Assembly (NCBI GenBank): GCA_028285465.1
Contig: JANQPD010000068.1
Span: forward strand, 7,458-71,457
DNA from: Owenweeksia sp.
GTDB lineage: Bacteria; Bacteroidota; Bacteroidia; Flavobacteriales; Schleiferiaceae
DNA length: 64,000 bases
Direction of reading: 5' to 3'
Positions 18,420 to 27,725 of this stretch are shown here, piece after piece. Made by a program: the position numbers and the translations under genes. How positions within the stretch are numbered: the first letter of the stretch is position 1; the number at the start of each line of letters is the position of its first letter. Under the pieces are notes generated by a model that worked only from the letters and a program-made list of their open reading frames with translations, searched no databases and was not told the DNA's origin.

Positions 18420-19537
18420 AGCTCGCTCAATTTCATTATTTCCTTCGCAGCACGCATGGAAGCTCCCCCTCCCCCCAGCTTCCGGGCAAGTGCTTCGTAG
18501 TCTTCCAAAAGGTGCCTACGGGCTGCACTTTCTTTTCCGATCAGCTTTTTTACTTCACCGGCCAATTGTGGTGCATTCATTTCGCCCTGGATCAGCTCTT
18601 TCACGACTTCTTTATCTGCAATCAGGTTTACCAAAGAAATATAGGGCACCTTTACCAATTGCCGGGCTATACTATAAGAGATCCAGTTGCCTTTATAGCA
18701 TACTACTTCAGGTACTTTAAACAAAGCCGTTTCCAAGGTTGCGGTTCCGCTCGTCACCATGGCTACATCCGCTACCTCCAGCAGATTATAGGTTTCTCCA
18801 AAAAGCACAGGCACGCCTCGCCCTCCCACTAACTCCTGGTAGAAAGCCGTTGTTTGTGAAGGAGCACCTGCAATGGCAAGCTGGTGTGTATGTATCTCTC
18901 CAGACGCTTTGAGCATTACGGGCAACATGCTCTTTATTTCCTGCTTCCTACTCCCCGGCAACAGCAACAGCAGGGGTTTATCTGCATCCAACCCCAGGTT
19001 TTGCTTCCGCTCCGAAGGGTCAAAATCCGGGCGGTTTTCAATAGCATCCAACAAGGGATGGCCTACGTAGCTTACCTCCATATCAAACTTTTTGTAGAAA
19101 GCCTGTTCAAAGGGAAGAATGCAAAGCATAAGATCCACGTCTCTCTTCAGCTTAAAACCGCGTTTTTGTTTCCAGGCCCATATCTGGGGAGATATATAGT
19201 ATACCACCTTCATGTTCTGCCGCCTGGCCCATTCGGCAATACGCATGTTGAAACCCGGGTAATCTACCAGTACCAATACATCCGGTTGGTAAAGCGCAAT
19301 GTCTTGCTTGCAAAAAGAGATATTATTTAAGATCGTACGGAGATTTGCTACCACTTCTATAAACCCCATAAAGGCCAGGTCGCGGTAATGCTTAACCAGG
19401 GTAGCCCCCGCGGCTGCCATAAGATCGCCTCCCCAAGCCCTGAAATCGGCCTGCTTATCCAGGGCAGAAAGGCCTTCTATAAGGTTGCCCGCATGCAGGT
19501 CTCCGCTGGCCTCACCGGCAATGACATAATACTTCAC
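18416..19537 (-). CDS. lpxB: Lipid-A-disaccharide synthase
   Basis: 373 aa. The N-terminus KYYVIAGEASGDLHAGNL is typical of LpxB. GTG start. Confidence 0.9.
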   Translation of the reverse strand: MKYYVIAGEASGDLHAGNLIEGLSALDKQADFRAWGGDLMAAAGATLVKHYRDLAFMGFIEVVANLRTILNNISFCKQDIALYQPDVLVLVDYPGFNMRIAEWARRQNMKVVYYISPQIWAWKQKRGFKLKRDVDLMLCILPFEQAFYKKFDMEVSYVGHPLLDAIENRPDFDPSERKQNLGLDADKPLLLLLPGSRKQEIKSMLPVMLKASGEIHTHQLAIAGAPSQTTAFYQELVGGRGVPVLFGETYNLLEVADVAMVTSGTATLETALFKVPEVVCYKGNWISYSIARQLVKVPYISLVNLIADKEVVKELIQGEMNAPQLAGEVKKLIGKESAARRHLLEDYEALARKLGGGGASMRAAKEIMKLSEL

Positions 19538-19603
19538 GTGTGGTGCTTTTCAATAACGAAGGTAAAAGCAAGGCCTGTGTTTAACAGATGTTGACCTAAA
19601 AGT

Positions 19604-19894
19604 TTATAACAGGAACCTGTAAATAAATATGGCCAGGAGATAGAGTACGGTTACGATGAGTACTCCCCTACCCATGGCTTCTTTATTGAGCCGCAAAAAA
19701 AGAAAGAAAGCCCCGGCATTGAGCAGAATGCCCAGGGTAATCAATTGCACGTTGATCACTTTGATCACTTCATCATCAAAAGACTGCAACGCCAGCAATT
19801 CCGAGCGAAACGTAAAAATGAGCCAAAGTGCCAGGGGCGGCAATGCCAGGCCTGTGAGCATGCCTGCGATGAGTTGTACCGTATGGTTTTTCAT
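19604..19894 (-). CDS. Small membrane protein (3 predicted TM helices)
   Basis: I trimmed the ORF to the internal ATG at 19892-19894 (MKNHTVQLIAGML...), because the longer track ORF overlaps the surE 3' end. Confidence 0.45.
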   Translation of the reverse strand: MKNHTVQLIAGMLTGLALPPLALWLIFTFRSELLALQSFDDEVIKVINVQLITLGILLNAGAFFLFLRLNKEAMGRGVLIVTVLYLLAIFIYRFLL

Positions 19895-19973
19895 GTGTTG
19901 AGAACGGGCTAATGTTATGGAAAGTATCTGGAGTGCAAGCCGCTTTACTTCCTTCTTTCCCGTGATTAAAGGT

Positions 19974-20747
19974 TTACAGCTTCCATGCATTTAGGGTTTG
20001 ACTTAATTCGTGGGCCGTAAAATCGCTGTTGATGGGCACCACGGAGATGTAGTAGTTTTCCAGTGCCCATTCATCGGTATCCTCTCCTCCATCGTAATTC
20101 TTAAAAGTACCGGTAAGCCAGTAATAATTGCGCTTCCGCGGATCCTTGCGGCTGTCGAACTCCTCTTCCCAGTTGGCGCGCGCCTGACGGCAGATCTTTA
20201 TACCTTTATACGGTTGGCCCGTATGCTTTGGGATGTTGACATTCAGGCAAATGCCATGTGGCAAACCCTCTTGCAGCACTTTTCGGGCCAGGGTTTTGAT
20301 AAAGGGTTTTGCTTCTGAAAAATTGGCCTCCCAGCTAAAGTCGCAAAGGGAAAAGCCAATGGACGGAATCCCCTCGAGGGAGCCTTCTACTGCAGCCGAC
20401 ATAGTGCCGCTGTATATGACATTGATCGAAGAATTGCTGCCGTGGTTGATGCCTGACACTACCAGGTCAGGTTTCCGGTCCAACACTACATTTACTGCCA
20501 GCTTGACACAATCCACCGGGGTGCCACTACAGCTGTATTCCTTTTGCGGCCCTTCCGTAATGTGTATGGGGTCACAGCGTAAAATACCGTCAATGGTAAT
20601 GGCGTGGCCCATGCCGCTTTGCGGACCGTCCGGTGCAACTACCACAACCTCACCCAGTTCATTCATTACTTCTACCAGTGTGCGGATGCCCGGGGCGGTT
20701 ATGCCATCATCGTTACACACCAGGATCAGGGGTTTCTCTTTCGCCAT
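19974..20747 (-). CDS. surE: 5'/3'-nucleotidase SurE
   Basis: 257 aa with the ILVCNDDGITAPGI N-terminal motif. Confidence 0.95.
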   Translation of the reverse strand: MAKEKPLILVCNDDGITAPGIRTLVEVMNELGEVVVVAPDGPQSGMGHAITIDGILRCDPIHITEGPQKEYSCSGTPVDCVKLAVNVVLDRKPDLVVSGINHGSNSSINVIYSGTMSAAVEGSLEGIPSIGFSLCDFSWEANFSEAKPFIKTLARKVLQEGLPHGICLNVNIPKHTGQPYKGIKICRQARANWEEEFDSRKDPRKRNYYWLTGTFKNYDGGEDTDEWALENYYISVVPINSDFTAHELSQTLNAWKL

Positions 20748-20847
20748 TTTTTAACGTTTGCCCGCAAAACTAAGCTTTAGTACACAACTGTAAGGCACAT
20801 ATTTTGTTAGATATTTGTGGTATAAAATCAAATTAACGAACAAGAAC

Positions 20848-21543
20848 ATGAGTTTAGTTTTCATCATATTGATCGGCTTTATGGTAGCGGGCTTTGTAGT
20901 GCAGAGCCGCCTCAAAAGCAAGTTTAAAAAATACAGTGAAGAAAGCCTGGCCAATAACCTGAGCGGTAAAGAAATAGCAGAGAAAATGCTGCGCGACAGC
21001 CAGATTACCGATGTACGCGTGATCTCTACGCCCGGCAGGCTTACCGATCACTATAACCCCAAAGACAAGACCGTAAACCTCAGCGAAGACGTGTATCACG
21101 GGCGCAGTGTGGCGGCAGCGGCAGTAGCCGCCCATGAATGCGGACATGCAGTACAGCACGCCACGGCTTACAACTGGCTGGAGTTTCGCTCGGCCATGGT
21201 GCCGGTGGTGAGCTTCAGCAACCGGGCATTGGGCATCATCTTTATGTTGATGTTGTTCGGTGGATTTATGGTAAGTGCTTTTCCCTTACCTACTGTACTA
21301 TGGGCCATGGTGATCATGCAGGGTACCATAACGCTCTTTACCCTGGTTACCCTTCCGGTGGAGTATGATGCGAGCAGGCGAGCCCTGGTGTGGTTGGAAA
21401 ATACAGGTACCACCTTGCCCCAGGAACACAACAAAGCAAAAGATGCCTTGAATGCCGCTGCCAACACCTACCTGATCGCAGCCTTAGCGTCTATCACACA
21501 ACTGGCTTATTATGTAATGTTGCTGGCCGGAAGCCGCGATTAA
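20848..21543 (+). CDS. Membrane zinc metallopeptidase (YugP-like, Zn_peptidase_2 family)
   Basis: HYNPKDKTVNLSEDVYHGRSVAAAAVAAHECGHAVQH motif (HExxH). I set the start to the ATG at 20848 (MSLVFIILIGF...). Confidence 0.8.
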   Translation: MSLVFIILIGFMVAGFVVQSRLKSKFKKYSEESLANNLSGKEIAEKMLRDSQITDVRVISTPGRLTDHYNPKDKTVNLSEDVYHGRSVAAAAVAAHECGHAVQHATAYNWLEFRSAMVPVVSFSNRALGIIFMLMLFGGFMVSAFPLPTVLWAMVIMQGTITLFTLVTLPVEYDASRRALVWLENTGTTLPQEHNKAKDALNAAANTYLIAALASITQLAYYVMLLAGSRD

Positions 21544-21703
21544 AGCTTTTTATCTTCATTTTAGAAGCCGGGGGTTTGCCTTGTTTTGGTAAGAGCTCCG
21601 GTATACAAATGTGGAGCAACTACAAAGGATGGATGAATGGGTCCAAAGGATTATCAACATAGTCCACCCTATACTGAAAAGCAAAACGCGAATTCACTTG
21701 CAC

Positions 21704-23446
21704 TTACTGATCACCAAAAACTTTTGAAAACACAGGAGTATTATACCAGGAAGTATTGTCTGCACCTCCGGAAACAGCCCATTGTTGAAATTGTGGATAG
21801 GCATCCAGGATGTCTACTTTTTCCAATGGGTTTAAAAACTGCGTAGAGGTAACTACTTCAATTACCCAGGGTAAACCGGTTTCCGTTTTAAAATCGCCAT
21901 TATCGTCTACGGTGTTGCGCAAAGCAGTATTGAAAGTGGCTGTTTCCGGGTATCCATGAAAGTGTACCTCGTGCCCTCTGTTGGCTGTTCTGAACAAATA
22001 CAATTCAGGTATAAAAGCGCTACCTGCATTGCTATTGAAGGTTACGGTGAATTCTAATGTATCCGGCACTGCTGTCGGACCTACTCCATTGTTCTGATAG
22101 TATGTAGATAGTATACTAAACACGTCGTTACATAAAATAAGCCCGTTTTCATTTGCAGGATCCAGTGTAGCATCGCCACTTACCGAAGCAATTACGTTTG
22201 TGCCAAAAGCCTGTTTGTTTGGCGTATAGAGCATGAGGCCTATCCCATTAGGTATTCCAGCTCCAATGGCGTCTATACTTACTTTAAAAGAAGCCTCTAC
22301 CAGCTCGTTGGATGCATTTCTCGTTATGACCACACGGTTGGAAAGCACCAGGTCGTTGAAATCAAAGTCGCCCATGGACGGCCATAAGTCTTCAAAGGCA
22401 AGCACCTGCTTTCCTGCCGTAGGGAAAAAACTCCTGTATGCTTTGCTCCCGTCTTTAGGGAAATCATCATCCTGGTCTATCACACCATCTGCATCCTCGT
22501 CACAGCTGATCCTAAAGTTATCTAAAAAATTGCCCACGGAGTTGCTGCCGCTGGCGGTAGAAACAGCTTCAAACACAAAAACAGTGGTTGTTTGGCCTTG
22601 TGGAACTACATAAGTGCCGCTGTAATACCCCCATGCATTGGTGCCATCACGCATAGTTGCTTGCTTTACCGCAGTGGCAACGGTAGCGCCAATTTTCACA
22701 TCAGCCACATCAACACCCGCTCTTCCCCTATGGTAAACAGACCATTTGATTGTGGAGCCGGGGTCCAGACATAAGGTTTGATATAAAGCGGCACTCACAT
22801 TTGCATTTATCTCAAAAAACTGGTCGCCTTCCTGCGCAGGCACTCCGTTAAACCCGCTTTTCCAGATTTCGATCCGGTGGTCATTAGCAGTGGTTTCCCA
22901 GCCGGGCACGCTTGTTTCCGGAATAATGGTATAGGTGCTTCCTCCTATATCCGGCAGTTCCATGGTTCCGTTTTCAAAAGGACTGCTGCAAGCGGTGCAA
23001 CTGGAGTTTGCCGCTTTACTTTGGCTGTGTCCTTCTTTTTTCCCTGTTCCATCTGCCGTGAGCGTTACCTCCATATGGCCAACTCCACTGATGCGGAATC
23101 TGTTCCCGGTTCTTGGAAAAAGTATATAGTATGGAGCATCCTGAGGCAGACGAAGGGTTAAAGCAAGGGCATGGTTGTGCACCACCCCCTTTTCCAATAC
23201 CGTACTACTTTCATCTATCAGGTGCACTATTTCGTTCTCTACGGAAATATGATCGGGGTTCTTAAAAACAACCTGCAAGGGACCTTGCATACTTGCCGAC
23301 CAGCCAAAGTTGTCAGAAACCTGTATCTCATCAAAACTCGAAGCCAGACTGGAAGTAGCCCTTACCGCAGATTCTTTTTTGCAGGAAGAGAAGGCGAAAG
23401 CCAATATACAAGCGGAAAATACAACTTGGGTAAATTCTTTTTTCAT
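21704..23446 (-). CDS. LruC-domain lipoprotein
   Basis: Lipobox AFAFSSC after the start MKKEFTQ (ATG 23444-23446). The central DEDADGVIDQDDDFPKDGSKAY...AFEDLWPSMGDFDFNDLV stretch is the hallmark of the LruC domain. Confidence 0.7.
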   Translation of the reverse strand: MKKEFTQVVFSACILAFAFSSCKKESAVRATSSLASSFDEIQVSDNFGWSASMQGPLQVVFKNPDHISVENEIVHLIDESSTVLEKGVVHNHALALTLRLPQDAPYYILFPRTGNRFRISGVGHMEVTLTADGTGKKEGHSQSKAANSSCTACSSPFENGTMELPDIGGSTYTIIPETSVPGWETTANDHRIEIWKSGFNGVPAQEGDQFFEINANVSAALYQTLCLDPGSTIKWSVYHRGRAGVDVADVKIGATVATAVKQATMRDGTNAWGYYSGTYVVPQGQTTTVFVFEAVSTASGSNSVGNFLDNFRISCDEDADGVIDQDDDFPKDGSKAYRSFFPTAGKQVLAFEDLWPSMGDFDFNDLVLSNRVVITRNASNELVEASFKVSIDAIGAGIPNGIGLMLYTPNKQAFGTNVIASVSGDATLDPANENGLILCNDVFSILSTYYQNNGVGPTAVPDTLEFTVTFNSNAGSAFIPELYLFRTANRGHEVHFHGYPETATFNTALRNTVDDNGDFKTETGLPWVIEVVTSTQFLNPLEKVDILDAYPQFQQWAVSGGADNTSWYNTPVFSKVFGDQ

Positions 23447-23639
23447 AAGACATCCTTTCAATAATGAACACAATCAAAGATAAGCGTACTACCTATGCAC
23501 CCCGTCAATTTTTTCGATGTTTGCCAAAAATCAATAGACGAAATCACAGAAAAAGCGATGCTTGCAGATAAGCCAAAACAGGCTTCTTCTCTCAACCTGC
23601 GGTACGTATTTTTTCGAAAGTAGGTTACACCGTTCGCAT

Positions 23640-23663
23640 AAAAAACTAAAAAATTAGTTTTTT
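23640..23663. promoter_or_regulatory. Palindrome AAAAAACTAA-AAAA-TTAGTTTTTT (candidate BlaI operator)
   Basis: Perfect 10-bp arms read directly from the sequence. Lies 28 nt upstream of the blaI-like ATG. Confidence 0.4.
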
Positions 23664-23680
23664 AACTATAAGTTTAGTTA
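23663..23680. promoter_or_regulatory. Palindrome TAACTA-TAAGTT-TAGTTA (second candidate BlaI operator, shares the AACTA/TAGTT half-site)
   Basis: Read directly from the sequence. Overlaps the -7 box. Confidence 0.35.
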
Positions 23681-23686
23681 TATTTG
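23679..23686 (+). promoter_or_regulatory. -7 promoter box TATATTTG
   Basis: TAnnTTTG match ending 4 nt before the ATG at 23691. This implies a leaderless or near-leaderless transcript. Confidence 0.4.
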
Positions 23687-23690
23687 TCTT

Positions 23691-24059
23691 ATGCAACTAA
23701 AAGAACTCACCAAGGCCGAAGAAGAAATCATGCAGATCCTATGGGCGCTTAAGCAAGCTTTTGTTAAGGAGATCATCGCTCAAATGCCTAAGCCTAAACC
23801 GGCCTATAATACCGTTTCTACCATTGTGCGGATCTTGGAACAAAAAGAGCTGGTGGCCTATAAAGCATTTGGCAAAGCACACCAGTATTATCCGCTCATC
23901 TCCAAGGAAGCATACAGCGAGTACAAAATGAAACGCCTGATGAAAGGTTATTTCAGTGGGTCGCTCAGCAATATGGTAAGTTTTTTTGTGGAGAAGAACG
24001 AAGTGAATACGAAGGAACTGGATGCCTTGCTCAAGCTTATTAAAGAAAAGAAAAAGTAA
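23691..24059 (+). CDS. BlaI/MecI/CopY-family transcriptional repressor
   Basis: 122 aa. The LTKAEEEIMQILW N-terminus and winged-helix pattern are typical of penicillinase repressors. Confidence 0.85.
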   Translation: MQLKELTKAEEEIMQILWALKQAFVKEIIAQMPKPKPAYNTVSTIVRILEQKELVAYKAFGKAHQYYPLISKEAYSEYKMKRLMKGYFSGSLSNMVSFFVEKNEVNTKELDALLKLIKEKKK

Positions 24060-24060
24060 C

Positions 24061-25338
24061 ATGAAGCTAATCCTGAACTTTGTATTGCTAAGCGCTTTCT
24101 ACTATGCGCTCTATAAGTGGTTTTTTGCACGGCTGAGCTTTTTTACGCTCAACCGTTACATACTCTTGCTGTTGCCCTTATTGAGTATCGGTATTCCCTT
24201 GGCTGCCTGGTTCTGGCCTAACCACCCCATTGAGGTAAACAATCCCCTTACGGCATCTCTTTCGCCCCTGCTTATTGAGGCCAGTGGAAAAGTGCAGGGG
24301 AATTGGGCCTGGTCGCAGATCCTGCTCTATGTATATGTTTTTGGCTTAATGGGCAGCCTGTTTTGGCTGGGATGGCGGCTATACGGCCTGCGTGTCCTCC
24401 TTCGCAAAGCTACTCCTCGCAGGGCCCACAACATCACTTACCTGGAATCCAAGGAGACTCCCGGCCCTTTCAGCTTTCTGCACTATATCGTACTCCCCGC
24501 AAAAGGGATACGCCAGGGACAAATGCAGGCTATTTTGGAACACGAGCGGGTACATTGTGAACAAAGACACACCCTAGACAACCTCTACTACAATATATTA
24601 ACCAGCCTGGCCTGGTTCAACCCCATACTGTACCTGATGGCCAGAGAGCTCAGACAGGTGCACGAATGCCTGGCCGATGGCGAGGCGTTGAAAAACACTT
24701 CGCGCGAGAAGTATGCTCAAATGCTTTTGAGCCAGATGTTTGGAACGGAAGTCGCGATTCCTGCCCATCCATTTTTTAATGCATCTTTAATTAAAACAAG
24801 GATTAACATGTTGTACAAAACGAAAACAAACAGAAAAATGAAATGGGCCTACCTGGTATTGATCCCGGCCCTCGGCCTGAGCACACTTTACGCTTGTTCC
24901 AAAACAAGTCCTGAAGAAGCTGTAAACACCCAAAACTCTGAAAAGGTAATGGATTTCAAGGTGGCTGAACAGCCTCCTTTACCCCCGCATTGCGATGAGA
25001 AAACGCCTAAGGAAGAACAAACGGCATGTTTCCAAATGGCCCTTGTAGAAAGCTTCACCAAAAACTTCAAATACCCGGAGCAAGCACTAAAGTTGGGTAT
25101 GGAAGGCCGTGTAATGATGCAGTTTACGGTAAACAAAAAAGGGAAGATCGTAAATGCAGAGGTAGTGAGAGGCCTGGCGTATAACAACCCCGATCAGGAG
25201 GAAGCCGCCATTGCGGTAAATGATGAGGCCAAAAAAGCCATTTCCCAGTTTACGGAACTCAAGGCAGCGGAATTCAACGGTACGCCGGTTGCCGTGCGTT
25301 TTACCCTGCCTATAGTACTTAAGCTGCCCGAGGCCTGA
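24061..25338 (+). CDS. BlaR1-like M56 peptidase/signal transducer with C-terminal TonB domain
   Basis: The ATG at 24061 lies 1 nt after the blaI stop. Has TM helices, the HEXXH motif in LEHERVHCEQRH, and a TonB-C-like C-terminus ALKLGMEGRVMMQFTVNKKGKIVNAEVVRG. Confidence 0.8.
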   Translation: MKLILNFVLLSAFYYALYKWFFARLSFFTLNRYILLLLPLLSIGIPLAAWFWPNHPIEVNNPLTASLSPLLIEASGKVQGNWAWSQILLYVYVFGLMGSLFWLGWRLYGLRVLLRKATPRRAHNITYLESKETPGPFSFLHYIVLPAKGIRQGQMQAILEHERVHCEQRHTLDNLYYNILTSLAWFNPILYLMARELRQVHECLADGEALKNTSREKYAQMLLSQMFGTEVAIPAHPFFNASLIKTRINMLYKTKTNRKMKWAYLVLIPALGLSTLYACSKTSPEEAVNTQNSEKVMDFKVAEQPPLPPHCDEKTPKEEQTACFQMALVESFTKNFKYPEQALKLGMEGRVMMQFTVNKKGKIVNAEVVRGLAYNNPDQEEAAIAVNDEAKKAISQFTELKAAEFNGTPVAVRFTLPIVLKLPEA

Positions 25339-25390
25339 ATACCCTTTGAATTTCATATAGGCGGGGCAACTGCCGGATATGTTTAAATGA

Positions 25391-25416
25391 AAGCCACGGA
25401 AATCCGTGGCTTTTTT
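25391..25416 (+). terminator. Rho-independent terminator
   Basis: Stem AAGCCACGG / CCGTGGCTT, loop AAAT, followed by a T-tract. Confidence 0.75.
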
Positions 25417-25483
25417 GGTTTGATCTTATGCAAAACGCCCCGCCTTTCCTTGCCCGTTCCCTTAAATCTTCGATCTTGCTCCC

Positions 25484-25491
25484 TACCTTTG
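25484..25491 (+). promoter_or_regulatory. -7 promoter box TACCTTTG
   Basis: TAnnTTTG match about 35 nt upstream of the ubiE ATG. Confidence 0.35.
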
Positions 25492-25525
25492 CTGCCCAAA
25501 AAAACAGGTAGATAAAAAATTGATT

Positions 25526-26254
25526 ATGAGCAAAGAGGTAAAACCCTACGCACATGAAGAAGGAGGAAAAAAGGAACAAGTGGCCAAAATGTTTGACAAT
25601 ATTTCTGCCCGTTATGATTTCCTGAATCACTTCCTCTCCCTGAATATTGACAAAGGCTGGCGCAAAAAAGTAGTGCAGATGGTGGCCGAAAATAAAGCAA
25701 AGACCATACTGGATGTAGCTACCGGAACGGCCGACCTGGCCATAGCCCTGACCAAAGCGCAACCCGACAAAATTGTAGGCATCGACATTTCCGCAGGTAT
25801 GCTGAGTGTAGGGCAAAAGAAAATTGAGTCTCAAAACCTCACCCACCTGATCTCCTTACAACAGGCCGATTCGGAAAACCTTCCTTTCGAAGACAATAGT
25901 TTTGATGCTGTAACAGTAGCCTTTGGAGTGCGCAACTTCGAAAACCTGCAAAAGGGACTTACGGAGATCAGGCGGGTGCTCAAAGCAGGCGGTAAATTGC
26001 TGGTATTGGAATTTTCACAGCCCACCCGCTTTCCCTTTAAGCAGACCTATACTTTTTATTTCAAGCGCATCTTACCCACCTTGGGTAAACTGGTTAGTAA
26101 AGACAACAGTGCTTACACCTACCTCCCCGCTTCGGTAGGTGCTTTTCCCTACGGAGAAGCTTTCATGCAAGAACTTGAGAAGGCCGGTTTTTCGCCAAAT
26201 AGCTATAAACCTGTTACCTTTGGCGTAGCCATGATTTATGAAGCCTCAAAATAA
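25526..26254 (+). CDS. ubiE: Demethylmenaquinone/ubiquinone C-methyltransferase
   Basis: [30 protein letters not shown] and [10 protein letters not shown] motifs. ATG at 25526; the track ORF starts at a TTG at 25520. Confidence 0.9.
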   Translation: MSKEVKPYAHEEGGKKEQVAKMFDNISARYDFLNHFLSLNIDKGWRKKVVQMVAENKAKTILDVATGTADLAIALTKAQPDKIVGIDISAGMLSVGQKKIESQNLTHLISLQQADSENLPFEDNSFDAVTVAFGVRNFENLQKGLTEIRRVLKAGGKLLVLEFSQPTRFPFKQTYTFYFKRILPTLGKLVSKDNSAYTYLPASVGAFPYGEAFMQELEKAGFSPNSYKPVTFGVAMIYEASK

Positions 26255-26280
26255 TCCTTCTTACAATCCGTTTTAGCCGC

Positions 26281-26985
26281 ATGAGAATTTTGCGTTCCCT
26301 TTTGTTTTGCGCTTTTGTTTTTCTACTCCTTTTGCCTGCACAGGGCCAAAGGCGGCTTAAAAACCAAGCCAATTACGACAAGAAGCCTATCCATTTTGGG
26401 TTTAACATCGGGATCAACTACTGGGACTTTCACACCCAACCCATCACTGACCTGGCGGCTTTACCCGGTTACTATTCTATGCGCAGCACCGTACAACCTG
26501 GTTACAACATTGGCATTGTAAGCAACCTGAGGCTTTCCGATCATTTTGATTTCCGGATTATTCCGGCTTTTGCCAGTACGGAGCGCATTTTGTTTTTTAC
26601 GGTAGACGATCCAAACACCGGGCGTGTAATTGAAGTCGAACGAAAGATCCAGAGCAGCTTTATAGAGGTTCCCTTCCTCCTGAAGTTTAAATCGGACCGT
26701 ATAAACAACTACCGCATGTACGCCATTGGCGGGCTCAAATACAACTATGACCTTGCCAGTAAAAAAGATGTTTTAGATGACCGTTTCTTTAAGATCAACA
26801 ACAGCGACCTGGCCTACGAAATCGGGTTCGGGCTTGATTTTTATTTTGAATTTTTCAAATTTTCCCCACAAATAAAGGCTTCCTGGGGTTTTGCGGATAT
26901 GCTCATACAAGACGACACTTTTTTTGTAGACGGCATCGCCCGTCTTGAAACCCGGGCTCTGCTCATCAGCTTAAACTTTGAGTAA
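26281..26985 (+). CDS. porT: PorT/SprT-like outer-membrane beta-barrel protein (T9SS-associated)
   Basis: 234 aa with signal peptide and alternating beta-strand pattern. FGFNIGINYWDF and SFIEVPFLLKFKS motifs. The position after ubiE is typical of PorT in Bacteroidota. Confidence 0.6.
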   Translation: MRILRSLLFCAFVFLLLLPAQGQRRLKNQANYDKKPIHFGFNIGINYWDFHTQPITDLAALPGYYSMRSTVQPGYNIGIVSNLRLSDHFDFRIIPAFASTERILFFTVDDPNTGRVIEVERKIQSSFIEVPFLLKFKSDRINNYRMYAIGGLKYNYDLASKKDVLDDRFFKINNSDLAYEIGFGLDFYFEFFKFSPQIKASWGFADMLIQDDTFFVDGIARLETRALLISLNFE

Positions 26986-27644
26986 TGTGGTTAAAGCGCT
27001 TTTCCACAGGCTTTTGTTTGAGTACCGGTTTACTCCTGTTCGGCTGCCGTAAAGTGGAGCCTGAGCAGCTTCCCATGTGTACCCATCAAAGGGTAGATTA
27101 CTTTACCAATGAAGTTGAAGGCGCACTCTTTCCCATCGCCCGCGAAAATTTTTGGGTGTATACTGATTCCATTTGGACACACGATACCTTTTCTTTTGAT
27201 ACACTTCTGACCAGCCTGCTGTTTATTGAAGATTATCTGAAAGTTGAGAACCAATACACCGTATTGAGTTTTAACCACCAAACGCAGTTCTCGAACGAGT
27301 ATATGGTGCATGGAGATACTTTAAGCGTTTATTGGAATCGTCTTCCTTCGGAGACAGGTGTTTGCTACACAACAACCCCTCGCTTTTTTCCAACAAACGA
27401 TACAGTAATATTTAGGGCGGATGACGGATACGGCAACCAAGAAATACTGTTCCGTGACCCCCGTCCACTCCAGACACCCGCGGGTTTGTTCACACAGAAC
27501 CTCACTTATTCTTATGGTGGTTTCATTGAGTTTACCCTTAACGAAGCCGTTGGTGTAGTCGAAATGCGCCTGTTTAACCTGGACTCCCTGGGAAACCTGC
27601 GCCCGCGCAGAAAGCTCACGCTCAAGGATTACCGGCATTTTTAA
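26985..27644 (+). CDS. Hypothetical lipoprotein
   Basis: 219 aa with lipobox LLLFGC. TAATG overlap with the porT-like gene. Confidence 0.4.
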   Translation: MWLKRFSTGFCLSTGLLLFGCRKVEPEQLPMCTHQRVDYFTNEVEGALFPIARENFWVYTDSIWTHDTFSFDTLLTSLLFIEDYLKVENQYTVLSFNHQTQFSNEYMVHGDTLSVYWNRLPSETGVCYTTTPRFFPTNDTVIFRADDGYGNQEILFRDPRPLQTPAGLFTQNLTYSYGGFIEFTLNEAVGVVEMRLFNLDSLGNLRPRRKLTLKDYRHF

Positions 27645-27710
27645 GCAATAGCCAGGCACCTGTTTTCGGTCTGGTAAAGCCATCGGGCATCTGAGATAGA
27701 TTCCTTTCTA

Positions 27711-27718
27711 TATTTTTG
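27711..27718 (+). promoter_or_regulatory. -7 promoter box TATTTTTG
   Basis: TAnnTTTG match ending 7 nt before the ATG at 27726. Confidence 0.35.
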
Positions 27719-27725
27719 CTACACC

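Noticed and set aside
19895-19990. The N-terminal 32 codons of the 128-aa track ORF.
   Set aside because: This extension overlaps the surE 3' end and encodes a non-membrane basic stretch. The internal ATG at 19894 gives a compact membrane protein.
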